DNA of 63,078 nucleotides, counting the filler. It is 13 parts of 13 records of this genome, joined end to end, with 100 filler letters (N's around TTAATTAATTAA, not from the genome) between each part and the next. Parts side by side here need not be neighbours in the genome. Positions count along the whole stretch, not along the records: positions 9,218 to 13,429 come from SRR15195285_2300; positions 13,530 to 17,805 come from SRR15195285_2302; positions 17,906 to 25,762 come from SRR15195285_2306; 10 more parts are not named here. One strand, 5' to 3'. Within the stretch, counting starts at the first letter, position 1; each line of letters starts with the position of its first letter. The notes beneath the pieces are model-generated. The model was given only the letters and a program-made list of their open reading frames with translations, was not told the DNA's origin and did not search any database. This document shows, in pieces, positions 11,848 to 24,400 of this stretch. The position numbers were made by a program, and so were the translations under genes.

Positions 11848-13332
11848 TCAACGTCCCTTGGGTGGTGCAGGTGTGTACATCTCACTCGCCTCCAGTGCTG
11901 CGTCCAGAATGTCATCGCCAGCATCGCCGTCCTGTGCACGCGCGTTTGTCTCAGCATCCTGGCCACCCCCGCCTTCTCCAGAGGCGCGTGTCAATACAGG
12001 ACCAATATCAGGGTCGGACAGCAACACCTCTCGCGCCGGAGCACCTTCGCACAGCAGTGCAGCGATCTCAGCATCGGCGAGCAGTGCCGTGACGGCAGTA
12101 TCGTCCGAGAGCAAGGGGACGATGAACGCTCGGATCTGCGGAGTCGCTAACGCCATTTGAAGGACAGGAGGGGACTGAAGAGCCATTACTAGCTTTTGTT
12201 TTTCGGCGGGACTCGCCAATAGCGCTTGGACCGGGACAGCACCCAGACCTGCTGCTGCGGTCGGGACCGTTGACGGGGTGACATTGCCACCACCCACATC
12301 AGTGGAGACATCGTGGCGAGCAGAACGATTCACAGCGCTGGTGTTGGTGGCATTGCGGGCCGCAGGAGTGCCACTGCTGGCAACTGCTGCTGCTACCATT
12401 GGCATCACGACGCTCGCGGCCATTGGAATAGCAGCAGCAGCTGATTGAAACAGCTGTGCCGTCTGGTCAGATACTTGGCTCTGGTCGCCGTTGCTGCTAG
12501 AATCAGCAGAGGTCTGCTGCACCAGTTGCTGTGCCGCCATGACGGCCGCAACAGCACCGGCAAACTTTGAGCCTCCGCTGCCACGAGAGCTTTGAGCCGC
12601 GGCGAGCACTGGCCCCAGCTTCGTGGCGGCATCCGCAGCGATGGGTGCAAGCTGCTGGGCAGCTTGCAGTGCCTGTGGTAGCGCAGCCTCAACTTGCGCC
12701 CTCGCGTGTGGCAAACCCGCTTGAACCTGTGCCCTAGCCTGGGCAAGGTCCCTCTCCAGCGACGTGCGCTCGCGAGAGCCAGCGTTGGCAGCGGAAGTGG
12801 CTCGTTCCAAGCCACCGCCGAGCACACTGGCAGCTTGCTGTGCGACTTGCGCCAACGGGGCCAGCTGCGCCGCAGCATTCGTACCCCGCGACTGCGTGGT
12901 GGCAGAACCGTCCAGTAGTGCCGTCAGTCCGGTCAGAATGTTACCCACCTCGCGAGCGGCGACGTTTGCAGCAGCGTCTACCGCAGCGGCGCCGTTCGAC
13001 CGACTTCGGGGAGATGTAGCCGAAGGCACCGAGGGGAGGCCGGCTGCATGGCCTGGGGAGGGCACCGCGGGCAGAGCGCCAGGGGACATAGTCTGAGGTT
13101 CGTCAGAGGGCACCGCGGGCAGGACGACTGCAGATGGTGCCGAGGGCTGATCCACGCCAAAGCGTAGTGCGACGCCAGTGGCGCTGCGCCTCGGCTCGTC
13201 CGATGAGCCCGTGGATGCCGTCTGCAGCGGTTGCCGCTCCGGCTCCGGCTCCGGCTGAGGTCGTGACACCAATGGCTGTGTCTCCTCCTCGGCTGAGGCG
13301 AACCCTGCGTCATCATCGTCCTCACTGCTCAT
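11848..13332 (-). CDS. Hypothetical Ala-rich low-complexity protein with possible STI1/DP-like helical C-terminus
   Basis: Long single ORF; likely ATG at 13332 (MSSEDDDD). Contains an EPEPEP tract and 'ALQSPPVLQMALATPQI...LLSDPDIGPVL'. Confidence 0.65.
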   Translation of the reverse strand: MSSEDDDDAGFASAEEETQPLVSRPQPEPEPERQPLQTASTGSSDEPRRSATGVALRFGVDQPSAPSAVVLPAVPSDEPQTMSPGALPAVPSPGHAAGLPSVPSATSPRSRSNGAAAVDAAANVAAREVGNILTGLTALLDGSATTQSRGTNAAAQLAPLAQVAQQAASVLGGGLERATSAANAGSRERTSLERDLAQARAQVQAGLPHARAQVEAALPQALQAAQQLAPIAADAATKLGPVLAAAQSSRGSGGSKFAGAVAAVMAAQQLVQQTSADSSSNGDQSQVSDQTAQLFQSAAAAIPMAASVVMPMVAAAVASSGTPAARNATNTSAVNRSARHDVSTDVGGGNVTPSTVPTAAAGLGAVPVQALLASPAEKQKLVMALQSPPVLQMALATPQIRAFIVPLLSDDTAVTALLADAEIAALLCEGAPAREVLLSDPDIGPVLTRASGEGGGGQDAETNARAQDGDAGDDILDAALEASEMYTPAPPKGR

Positions 13333-13429
13333 CCTGGTTGGATGAGCGGGTAGCACTGCGTGCTGGCCGCGGCGGGTACCAGTATACCGCGGGGCGCGCC
13401 TCGGTGCTGGCCGGCTCCGCCACAGAGTG

Positions 13430-13529
13430 NNNNNNNNNNNNNNNNNNNNNNNNNNNNNNNNNNNNNNNNNNNNTTAATTAATTAANNNNNNNNNNNNNNN
13501 NNNNNNNNNNNNNNNNNNNNNNNNNNNNN
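13430..13529. other. Artificial contig-joining spacer
   Basis: N44-TTAATTAATTAA-N44. Confidence 0.99.
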
Positions 13530-13851
13530 CAACGTAATACCAAAGGCATAACAACCGTAGACTCTACATTCTAACATCCGGGGCAGTTCCAGGTCGCTGG
13601 CAGAAATCGAAGAAATGCACTGACGACGTGACGTCCGGTCCCGAGGGTCGTTCGACGTTCGTTGCGGGCCGTGATGGCAGAACGCGTCCGCCGCGAGGGA
13701 CTGGGACCTTCCACGAGGCCTGGCGTGGTGGACGGCCATGAGAGAGGCCGTTGCGGTTCTAAGGTGTGTGTGCACACTGCAGGAGTGTCGGTGCGATCTC
13801 GCGCTGCGGTGGGGGCTGGCTGAGGCTCGGGGTTGAGAGCGCGGCGGGCGG

Positions 13852-16643
13852 ATGGAGGCTCGGCAGGCGCTGCGGGATGCGATCGCGGCCCGTCGCTCGC
13901 TGTACGGCAAGCCGTGCGTCGATGCAGCGGCACTCTTTGGCGCTATCGACACAGGCGGCCGCATCGACGGCGCGGGCGTGGTGGAGACTCCGGACGGGAG
14001 CATTAGCGAGGCTGAGCTGACCCAGGCGATGGCGAGGCTTGGCATCGCGTTGCAGCCAGAGCAGCTTCATGCGCTGCTGGTCTCGGTCGATGCGGACAGA
14101 GATGGGTTCATCAGCAAGACTGAGTTTCTACGCTGGCTGCAAGAGAACCCGGCCGAGCTGGAAGCAGAGCTACATCGCGTCGACAGCAAGCGAAAGGCCG
14201 TCTTGGCAGAGATGGAGCACGAACGGGTTGTTGCCGCGGCCACCGACGTGGCCGAGCGCACTGCAGTCAGCGCTCGCGCCAAGGCGAAGGAGCGCGCCCG
14301 GCTCGCTTCTCGAAACAAGGCCTTTGCAAAAGCGGATGCAGACGGTAGTGGTGTGCTGGACGTGCGCGAGCTCCGCGCAGTCCTGCATTCGAGGGGTATC
14401 CAAACGACTGGAGCAGGTTTTGAGAAGATTCTTGCGGCAGTCGATGTGGATGGAGACGGGAAGATTTCGCGAGCTGAATTTGACCGCGTGAGCGCGCGCC
14501 TGAAGTCAATAGCAAAAACGGCAGAAGATGATGCAGCAAAGGACGCGGAGAAAACAGCTCAGCTCAAGTACGCCAAAGGACAGGCAGAAAGCGCCCTCCG
14601 AAGACCAGCGACCGAACAGGTGATACACGATACGCGAATCAGGATTACGGACCCGCAGCTGGGGCACGATGCCGCTGCAGATCATCCGCAGCTCGATCGC
14701 AAGGCCTGGCTGCCTTCCACGGTTGTCCACTTTGACAGGGACGGAAATCAAGTTGCAGCTGCCAAAACGGGGCCGACAATGACCGGATCTAGTGGGCTGT
14801 ATGACGCAGTTGATGCGGCTGATGAAGAGCTGCATCGTGCGCAGAGTCGACGCAAAGCTGCCGAGGCGGATATGCGGCGCATTCTGGCAGTTGATGAAGC
14901 TGCTGAGGTACGAGAGCGCATGACATTGGCGGTGCAGGCTTTCGTCAGCAATCCAATATACACACGTTATGGCAGCAAGGCCCGGGCACTCGTCAGCCGA
15001 TGTGAACAGCTCGGCCACGAAAGCGGTGCCCACCCGTACCAGCTGCTCTTCGAAGGCCTTGGGCAGTTGGCTGAAGAAGAGGGACGAGATGCAGCTGCAA
15101 GCCAGATGCGCGAGAAATGGGCTGTAGCGGGGAGGGCTCGTCGGGCAAAAGAAGAGAACCGAGAGTCACAGTTAGAGCTTGAGTATGCTATAATTGACAA
15201 TCGAAAAGCACAAGCAGTGGAACATCAGATGCAACTGGCTAGGGTACGCATCCCACGGTTGGTAGCGCAACAGGCTATTGCTGGCATCATTGATCGTGTG
15301 GTGGACCCGAGACGGACAGCCAATTCTAGCATCACAGTTGGTCTGCGATCAGTGGCGAAAAAAGTCATTGATGATGTTCTTGAGAATGTGGAGCTGAGAC
15401 AGCGAGTCAGAGCAGCTCGTGCTACTGGGACAGCGAGGCGTAGACAGGTAACATTTCTGGCGGACCGGCTCAGCGTTGCTATCGATAATGGTGACAGTAG
15501 AACTAGTACTCCCGGTCGAACTGCCGCGGTGAAGGCACCGGGCTCAACATCTGTCCAAGCTCCCAGCAAGGCTACTGTGACGGAGCTGAGGGGCGGTGGA
15601 GGTCGCAGAGTCGCGTTGCGCGAGTGCAACCGGACGACTGAGCACGAACTTGCAGGATCGTGGAGCTCTGCGGACGCTGCTCAGTGGGGACTTAAACGGC
15701 GAGAGGCCCAACAGCGTGCTACTGTCCTGCGAGCAAAGCGATCGAGGCAAGCTGATGAGTTAAAGATGCGGGTACTGCATTCAAACATACGTTTCAAATG
15801 ATGCCAAGCCAACCACTAGACTAAAACCAAAAACTGCTTTGAATTGACGTATTCTTGATGATGGAACAGGTAGACGATCACTTGCTTGCGCCTGGAGCTC
15901 TTGCAAAGCGGAAACAGCTGCGTCAGCGACGATTGTCAGCGCCATCAGATGTGGGTGCGTCTCACGACAAGGATGGTGGTGTCAGCAAGAAAACAGGTGT
16001 ACAACATAGACACAATCTGTTGGGATTGGATAGTCCTCTGCGCACTTCTCGAGACACTGCGGTAGTGAGGAAAAAAGACATTAATGAGGCCAGCCCAGAA
16101 GACATCATTGCAGCGTGTCTGCACACGTCGAGCCCAAGGATCCCGGAGCAAATGGCAAAGTGGCTGGTAGACGCGCGCCCGTTTCATGATTTTGAGGATG
16201 CGAAAGCACGAATTTTGACAGAAGTCAAAGCCTTGCAAGGTGCAGATTTCGGGTTTACCCTGCAGCTGATGAAGAAACTCAAAGCACTGGGTCTCGTGTT
16301 CAAGCCATGGCCGCTGGTGCACATTGTGGACTCGTTCCTTGCTGAATACGATTCGAAGTGGATTCAGCCAGCACCAGCTCAGGCCGAAGCAGGCAGCGTT
16401 CGTTTCAGATTGCTGCTAGCAGAGTGCACTGCGCTGTCGAAGCGTACTGGTGCGCGACCACAGCGGCTCATTTACAAAATGCTGAAGAGTCAATTTGGTG
16501 TTGATGTCGAGGAGTGGTGGGCGATGCAGCAACGGTCGCAACAGGCGAAACGGCGGGCAGCCGCCCTGGTGGCTCGACAGCAGCGGCAGCAGCGGCGAGA
16601 GCAGCGAGAGCAAGAGCTGATACTGGTGCAGCAGGTGGAGTAG
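13852..16643 (+). CDS. EF-hand calcium-binding coiled-coil protein with C-terminal helix-hairpin-helix-like domain (2 exons predicted)
   Basis: EF loops DADRDGFISKTE, DADGSGVLDVRE and DVDGDGKISRAE, plus a degenerate first loop. A phase-0 intron at 15772-15869 (GT..CAG) fuses it to the ORF containing 'KDINEASPEDIIAAC...RIPEQMAKWLVDARPFHDFED'. Confidence 0.75.
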
Positions 16644-16670
16644 CAGCAACAGCAACAGCAACAGCTGTAT

Positions 16671-17805
16671 CTACATAGTTACAATTGCTTTCGAAACCTC
16701 TGTTGCGAACGCTTCCGGCAATTCTTCCAATGTATACCTAGCCGTGATTATCCACTCTTCGCGTCAGTTCCGATCGCAAAACTGATAGAACTACAGGGCG
16801 AAAATCTGATCAATATCAAATGCAAGTAGAGGCTCACTCAGTCCTGGCAGGCAAGTCCACCACGCCCTGGTCGAGTAAAGATAGGCATGTCGCCAGAGCC
16901 TACGCCCACCACCAACGCTTTTATGAGCATAGGGCTAAAGCAATCGGACAGCAGAAGGTGGATTTCGCAGAGAGGGTCACCTCGCCATCTTCTTGAAAGA
17001 GCACGTAGTGGTAACGATGACTAGCTGAGAGCATCGAGCTGAGATGTGCCGGCACTGCCCTAGTATGACTTCCAGGAGTATGGAGCCCTATCACGTACAG
17101 TTGACCTCAAAATAGCCTTAGCCCAGCGACAGTGCAAGTTGGGACGCACCTGCGAGCTCAGCAGCGGCCTTTGCAGTCGCCTTGAACTGCGACGCAAAAT
17201 TGAACTCAATCGGGCCGCCGTTTGTTCCGGAGCCTGGTCTTGCAGCAATCTGGTCAGGTGACGGCGACTCGACGCAGCTTGCAACGTCACCAAGGCCGTC
17301 AATTGCCCGAATTAATTGTCCGTTCAAATCTAACAAGTGTCCACCCTCCCGCAGCACTGCTAATGACTGGCGCTGCACTGCTCCGTCTGCAACTCCTCTG
17401 CCGAGACCGTCCAACACCACATCGCAGGCCAGGTCGTGCTGCTGTGGCGAGCCTGCAGTGGCATCGGCGCTGGCTGCAAGGAAGTCATCTACAGACAGAA
17501 ACGTGGCCTGCGAGCACTGCTGTTGCAACTGGGAGATCTTGTCCGGCCGACAAGTCCCAATGACGCGGCACCCCACATGGTTTGCGAGGTACTGTGTAGC
17601 AAAGCTGCCAACGCTGCCAGCAGCGCCGTGGACAACAACAGTCTGCCCAGATTGTACTCGGGCGAGGCCGTTCAGCGCGCGCCATGCTGTGAGAGCGGCA
17701 AACGGAAGCGCAGCCGCGCGTTCCACAGTCACGCCGGGCGGCAGCAGTGCCGTCGCTGTCTCGGCAACGACAGTGTAGTCAGCATGACTGCCGTCAGCAG
17801 TTGGA
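16671..17805 (-). CDS. MDR-superfamily NAD(P)H quinone oxidoreductase / RTN4IP1-like protein (5' truncated, several introns)
   Basis: 'AAALPFAALTAWRAL...VQSGQTVVVHGAAGSVGSFATQY', 'CDVVLDGLG'. Downstream short exons read 'HRYHYVLFQEDGE', 'ALATCLSLLDQGVV' and 'YTLEELPEAF...IVTM*'. Confidence 0.85.
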
Positions 17806-17905
17806 NNNNNNNNNNNNNNNNNNNNNNNNNNNNNNNNNNNNNNNNNNNNTTAATTAATTAANNNNNNNNNNNNNNNNNNNNNNNNNNNNNNNNNNNNNNN
17901 NNNNN
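17806..17905. other. Artificial contig-joining spacer
   Basis: N44-TTAATTAATTAA-N44. Confidence 0.99.
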
Positions 17906-18415
17906 GACTCATCGCCGCGCGGTGAGTCGCCGGAGTCGTGAGATCGCACACGCGCGCAGACGTGAGTCCGCGTCCGTCACGACGACGCGAGCGCGAGGCC
18001 CACCCGTACAGTACAGCTGGAGACTTGCGTTGTCCTCCTCAGCATAGTTCGCTGGATGCGCACCGAGCTAGTGCAGACGCGGCACAATCGTGAGCTCTCT
18101 ACCTCAAGCTGCTGTAGGGTGGTCCTAGGAGATAGTCGGAGAGGTGTGGGTGGGCGGTCCGTGAGTGCTGCTGCTGCTGGTTCCACGCGCGCCCACTGCG
18201 TTCCATCGTCGGGAAGGTCGAGACGGAGTCTATGGCTCATATCTAGCCGCGGAGATCTAGCACCGTGTGGGTGCATGGTGTGGTCTGTGAGTGCTGCTGC
18301 TGGCTGGGCATGTAGCTGCTAGAGGAGTCGGGCTGGGACGGTTGCGCTCAAACTCCTGGTGGTGACGCTGGACCACGTGCGCGCGGAGGCGGGGTGCCAG
18401 GTGCGTGAGGTCAGC

Positions 18416-21400
18416 ATGGACGAAGCGAGGAAGGTGGCGAGAGCTGGTGGGGTGGACGCGGAGATGCGAGGCAATATCCCCGTCCTGATGACCAAGAACT
18501 TCCTGCTCAAGAAGCGAATGTGGCAGAAGCTTGTGTTCGGCTGCTTCCCGGCGATGCTCTTCATGGAGCTGATCGTTCCACCAGGGCTGCTCATCGGCCT
18601 AACCTGCGTGAAGATGGAGGCCCCACTGTACATGAAGACCACGGGATACGGTGGCTGGCCAGTGTGCAACGAAAACGAGCTGCATCCGTGCACGGAGACC
18701 ACGCCGATAGAATGCCGGGCAGGCGATGTGGGACAGGTTGATGTCGCCAGCGCAGCGAGTCGTGCAGGTGTGGCCAACGCCGCGACAGCGGCAGCTGGGG
18801 AGGTCAACACGATCAGCACCTGCGAGTCGAACTCGAAGTATGTGTTCCAGCCGGACCCTTTCTTCTATACGATGGTGGCCCTGCACTGGGCGAGGGATGG
18901 TGGTCCAAAGCTAGCGCTAACCGCGGACAAGCCAGGAGATATAGAGAAAGTGCGGCGCTTTCAACAGTGGGTGTCTCAGCATTGGTACCCCGAGCAGTAC
19001 ATGTCGGAGATTCCGTGCGCCGACCTAGAGCTGAGAGACAAACAAACAGAATGGGAGATCCGTGACACGCAGGAACAGCTTGCGGAGTCAGGTGCCTACG
19101 TCATGTGCGCAGAGGAAGAGCTGGAGAGGTATCCAACGAAGTATGCCACGTGCTGGTGTGATGGGCGAGTTAAAATGGGTACCGCAGGAGATCCTGCGCG
19201 GGATAAGGGTGAGTATTGGACCCCCTGGCGCAACAACACAGGTTACATAGAGTGTTCAGTAGATGTGTTCGGCAATCCAAACCCGGACCGGGACCAGTAC
19301 GACGACGATGAGTACTACGTGTGTCTGTGCGACTCATCGCCAGAGCCCGTGGAGCGCGACCAGGGAGAGTGGACAAATGAAGGCTGTACAATGTCGAAGT
19401 GCCGAGACCACGGCAACGACTGCTGCGCACCGCAGGCGTTCAGAGAAGTGGCTCGCTGTGCTGATGGATACCTGCCACACTGGGTGGCGCCCTGTGCTGG
19501 AATGGCAGGTGACGGTCGGTACACCTGCTGTCCTCCGCCCGCCGGGGCGGGTGGGCCGGGCGCTTGCCATTTTCAGGATGACAGATCGGGGACAATCAGC
19601 AGCTTTTCGCAAGTAACGAAGGTCTACGAGAGTCGCGCTACCATGGAGAGGCACATGAAATCGCCAGAGTACGGTGCTGGCAACCCATGGGGGTACGACA
19701 TTCTTGGCGCCGTCTCTTTCTCAAAGATTCCAGGCGACGGAAGCCCTGGTACTGCTGGCGACTGGGAGTACAGCCTGATGCTCAACGACTCGGCAATCTG
19801 GGGGGTCTATTTTGAACGCAACGTCAGTCGGGGATGGAAGCAGTACGAGGATCTCGATGAGCATTCCATTCGGTACGATCAGTCGAGGTTCCTCACGCTG
19901 CAAGCCCTCATCGACCGGTACATCATTCACCAGCGCAACAACGACCCCAGTTTTGATGTCGAACGGGGGCTGGACGCAATGTTTGCCACAAATAATCGCG
20001 TTGGTAAAAGAAGCTGGCCGGACGAAAACGGCTGGAACAGGGACGCGGTCAACCAGACCTACCTGATGGAACCTCAGATGTGGATGCCACAGTACGTACA
20101 GTTCGCTGCGTTGCCGATCATGTAAGCGAAGCCCCCTTTGCTTTGCTTCGCTTCTATCTGCTGCTCTGCCTTCGCCGTGTGCACCGGCGCTAACGCTTTC
20201 ACCTTACTCGGGGTTGCGCAGGGGCTTTCGGATCACACTGTTCTACTACTACTGTGACTTTGCGCTTGCGCTTCTTTTCATCTTAATATACCTGGACAAC
20301 ATGTACACTACAGTGACTACGTTCATCGCTGAGAAGGAGACGCGAATGCGCGAGGTGCTACGCATCCAGGGCGTCAGCACGTTTGAGTTCATCACATCAT
20401 GGTTTGTTTCGTATGTGGCCCAGTTTGCAGCACTGAACTTAATTATTGCCTGCGTCTGCGTATTTCCGATGATCGGTACCACTGGTTTTGGTGGAATATT
20501 TTCAGCATCGTCCTTGCTGGCAGTGTGGTGGTTCCTTTTCCTGTACAGCATGTCGTTTGTGGCAAAAGGCTTCGCGATCTCTTGCTTCTTCGGCAAGGCA
20601 CGAATAGGCGGAATGATTAGCTTAATCATCTACCTGTCGGGCTGGTTTATACAGGCTGCGCTCAAGTACCAACCGAGCAGTGCAACTAGTAAATCGCTGC
20701 TCGCCTTTGCATCTCCTGTCGGCGCCTTCGCATTTGGTGTTGAGCTGCTCAGCAAGCTCGAAGAAGCTGGAGCAGGGGCAACATGGAAGAACTTTGATTT
20801 CCGGCCGGACGGCGCAACTGGGCTGAGCTTTGGCGAAGTACTGTGGCTGATGTCTGGTCAGTTTGTGTTCTACTGCGTACTAGGCTGGTATTTGGACCAA
20901 GTCGTCCCGTCACAGTGGGGAATCAAGGAGAAACCTCTTTTCTTTTTAACACGCGAATACTGGACCAGGGCCAATTCAGCAGCTCCCGTAGCTGCGATTG
21001 CAGAACCTAACGAGTTAGAGTCACACGACAACCCTGTTGCGCCAGGCATGCGTATCGATGAGGATACGGTAGAGATGCAGCAGATGCGCAGGGATCACAA
21101 ATGCATCAACATTCAGAAATTGAGGAAGACGTTCCCCACGCCGGACGGCGAGTTTGTCGCGGTCGACGGCCTATCGATGACCATGTACGAGGGCCAGATA
21201 TTTTCGCTGCTTGGCCACAACGGGGCTGGGAAGACCACAACTATCTCGATGCTCACTGGTATGCTACCTCCAACCACAGGCGATGCTTACGTGTATGACA
21301 AGAGCATTGTTGAGGACATGGCCGGTGTGCGCAAAGATATTGGGTTCTGTCCACAGCATGATGTGCTCTATCCGTCTTTAACAGTACATGAGCACCTTTC

Positions 21401-24400
21401 AATGTTTGCATCGCTCAAGGGAGTTCCGGAAAGTGACGTTCAGGCTGTGGTGATGTCCAAGATTGCTGACGTCGGTCTTACAGAGAAAGTTCATTATCAA
21501 TCGGGTGGGTTGTCAGGTGGGCAGAAGCGGAAGCTGTCCTTGGCGATGGCGCTGATCGGAGACTGTAAGGCGATATTCCTCGACGAGCCGACAAGTGGTA
21601 GGATCTATTCATTTTTCTGAGAGCTCCTTCTGCTTGTCAGACTGCTCAGAATTAGTACGCATTATCTAGAGGTTTAGTATCTGACAACTGACAAATACAT
21701 GTTGCTGCTCTTCAGGTATGGACCCGTACAGCCGACGCTCGACTTGGAACATGCTGCAAGCTGCGCGAGCGGGTAGAGTCATGGTCTTGACCACCCACTT
21801 CATGGATGAGGCAGATATTTTGGGCGATCGTATCGGGATTATGGCAAAGGGTCAGCTGCGTTGCTGTGGGTCTTCACTGTTTTTGAAGGGCCAGTACGGT
21901 GGTGGATACAACCTGGCATTCGCAAAAACTTCAACTGACCCTGCACAATCTCTTCAAGATGCAATCACGAGCCATGTCTCCGGTGCCAAAGTAATAAGCA
22001 ACATCGGAACTGAGCTAAAGTGTCAGCTGCCTTTGGCTGAGATTGGCAAATTCCCAGCGCTGTTTGCCGAACTCGACGGTAACCAGCAGCATTATGGCAT
22101 TGAATCGTATGGGATTGGTTTAACAAACATGGAAGAAGTTTTTCTCCGCGTAGCAGAGGAAGGTGAGGTTGAGCAGGCCGAACTGTCAAACGAGGCCGAA
22201 GAAGGCGACCTGGGGGAATACAAACCGGCTTGTCAGAGCTGTACCCAGTCCGTACTGAACAGCAGTACATTTAGAGATGGAGATCCACTTTGGTACCACT
22301 CATGCTCATCATTTGTCAAACATCTGGTGGCAATGTACATCAAACGTGCACGCTATGGATTTCGGGACCGGCGCGCTCAAATTTGCAACATCATCACGCC
22401 GATTTTGCTATTGTGGTTCGGATTCTTCCTCATGTACGATCTTCTAGGAATCTTGATCGAAAGGGACTTGCCGGAGGTGACGTTAGACTTAAACATTGTC
22501 AAGGATGAGCTCCATCTGGACTCGCTGTCAGTTCCATACAACTCCACGTTCCCGCAAGCGAGGCCAGCTGTTTCGAAATTTCCTGGGGGTGTCGTTGCAC
22601 ATGCGGAGGACATTGAGTTGGGTCCTGAGGAGAGAGAGCTGTATGGGGTGGTGTACAACAACGGGAAGCCGCTGGGCGAAGATAGCTGCACGATGGAGCC
22701 GAGGCAGATGCTTTCTTTTTCCGATCAGTTGTTACAGGAAGGTATGGGTAGCGAAGGAAGGGATGTTGTCTACGGTGCGGTCATGTTTCCAGTAGAAGTT
22801 GCAGACTGTTGTGCAGACTACGAGATCCCTTGCGCGCAGGTGCAGCAGATCATGGTCACAGGCCTTGGGCTTGATTGCCAGACTGAGATACATCAACTCG
22901 CATCGCCGGATGGATTTGGATTCATGCGAGATCACATAGGTGGTCGCGGTCCCGTCATTGCCAACACGCTGGGATTGGAGGAAACTGCTGAAATGGGTAC
23001 GACAGAACAGCAGCTTGATGATATCTTGAGGCAGGGGGCCGACGCTGCCGCACTGTTCATCAACGTTGCCGGCTTGCTGGGTGTTAGTGAGCTGTCGACT
23101 GCCTCCTTGTCTGACTTCTGTCCAGGGCAGTGTGCTGGTGAAGAGTTTGGTCACTGGAATACTCGTGGCACTCTGGCTGTGATGATTCGAAATCGTTATC
23201 GCGTCTGTGATTTTGCAAAGCGCGCAATGGACAATGGGAATGTTCCGATCAGAACGTTGATGAACGTGCTGCAAACCACGGGCATGATACAATCATCAGA
23301 TGTTGGCAGCACAGCAATTCTGGACTGTGATACCACACCCGTGCAGCTGTCAGAGCAAGTAGCGCCTCTTGTAATCGCACTGGCTTCTTGCGCGCAGAGC
23401 TTCGTCTGCAGTAGGGCGCTTGATGCCGCGATGTCTCTGTACTCTGATGACATTGGACCTGATGACCTGTTCATGCTAATTGGTGGGCTCAATCAGACAG
23501 CAGAAGTGATGAGATCGCTTGGATTCGGTTCTCTAACCCTCGCGCAGGCCTGCCCAGACACTTGTGGCTACTGCAACAGGACAGTCAGCGCCTCCTCACC
23601 AAAAGACGTGAGGGCTGCCGAACCTGGACCAGCATCATTACGCCCAACCCGGCCATCATCCCTGGCACCCTCTCTTCCACCATGTGTTGACGATGAGAGC
23701 GTATGTGGTGGGGTTCGGAATGGATTATGTGAGGAACGCCACATCGACGCACCTTGCGAGTCAACGCATTCGTGCAATTGTCCATCCGGGTCAGACGGTA
23801 CAGATTGTGCAAGTTTACGCGCCGACTGCTTGGGTAGCCCTGGAACTGGCCGCCGGCTGCAGCGCTCTAGCGTACCAACACCACCGCCGGTAACGAAGCT
23901 AACGATTCTGTTCAACAGCTCGTTCACACACTCGACTCCTGTATTTTTTTCCCTGGGCAGCAATGTGCTGAAGAATCAGATTGGAAGCGGTGGATCAATA
24001 GTTGTACGCGGCACCATGTGTCCGTTCACTGACTGGCAAAAGTACAATTCTGATGCATCTGCTTTTATCGGCATCTTCCAGTCGCTGGTGGTCTGCCTCT
24101 TCATCATCATTGCGTTCTCGTTCATTCCAGGTGCGCTGGTGGAGTTCTCCGTTCGTGAGCGCGAGCACAGCCGCAATGCCAAGCATCAGCAATATGTCAG
24201 CGGATGCAGCATTCCTGCCTACTGGTTTGGAGCATACCTGTGGGACTTGACGATGATCGCCATGCCAATCGGGGCGACCCTGTTTCTTTCCTCGTGGTTT
24301 GCGGTGGGCCCACTTGTGCGTGGTGACGCTCCGTGGTGCTGTTTCGTGCTCTTCCTCGGGTATGGACTCGCCATCTGCCCCTTCACATATTTGATGGGCA

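Noticed and set aside
20122-21715. Apparent frameshifts or split ORFs in ABCA (likewise GH67, GH65, GH31, TRP and the EGF protein)
   Set aside because: Where I traced the breaks, they are explained by phase-compatible GT-AG introns; these are not pseudogenes or recoding events.
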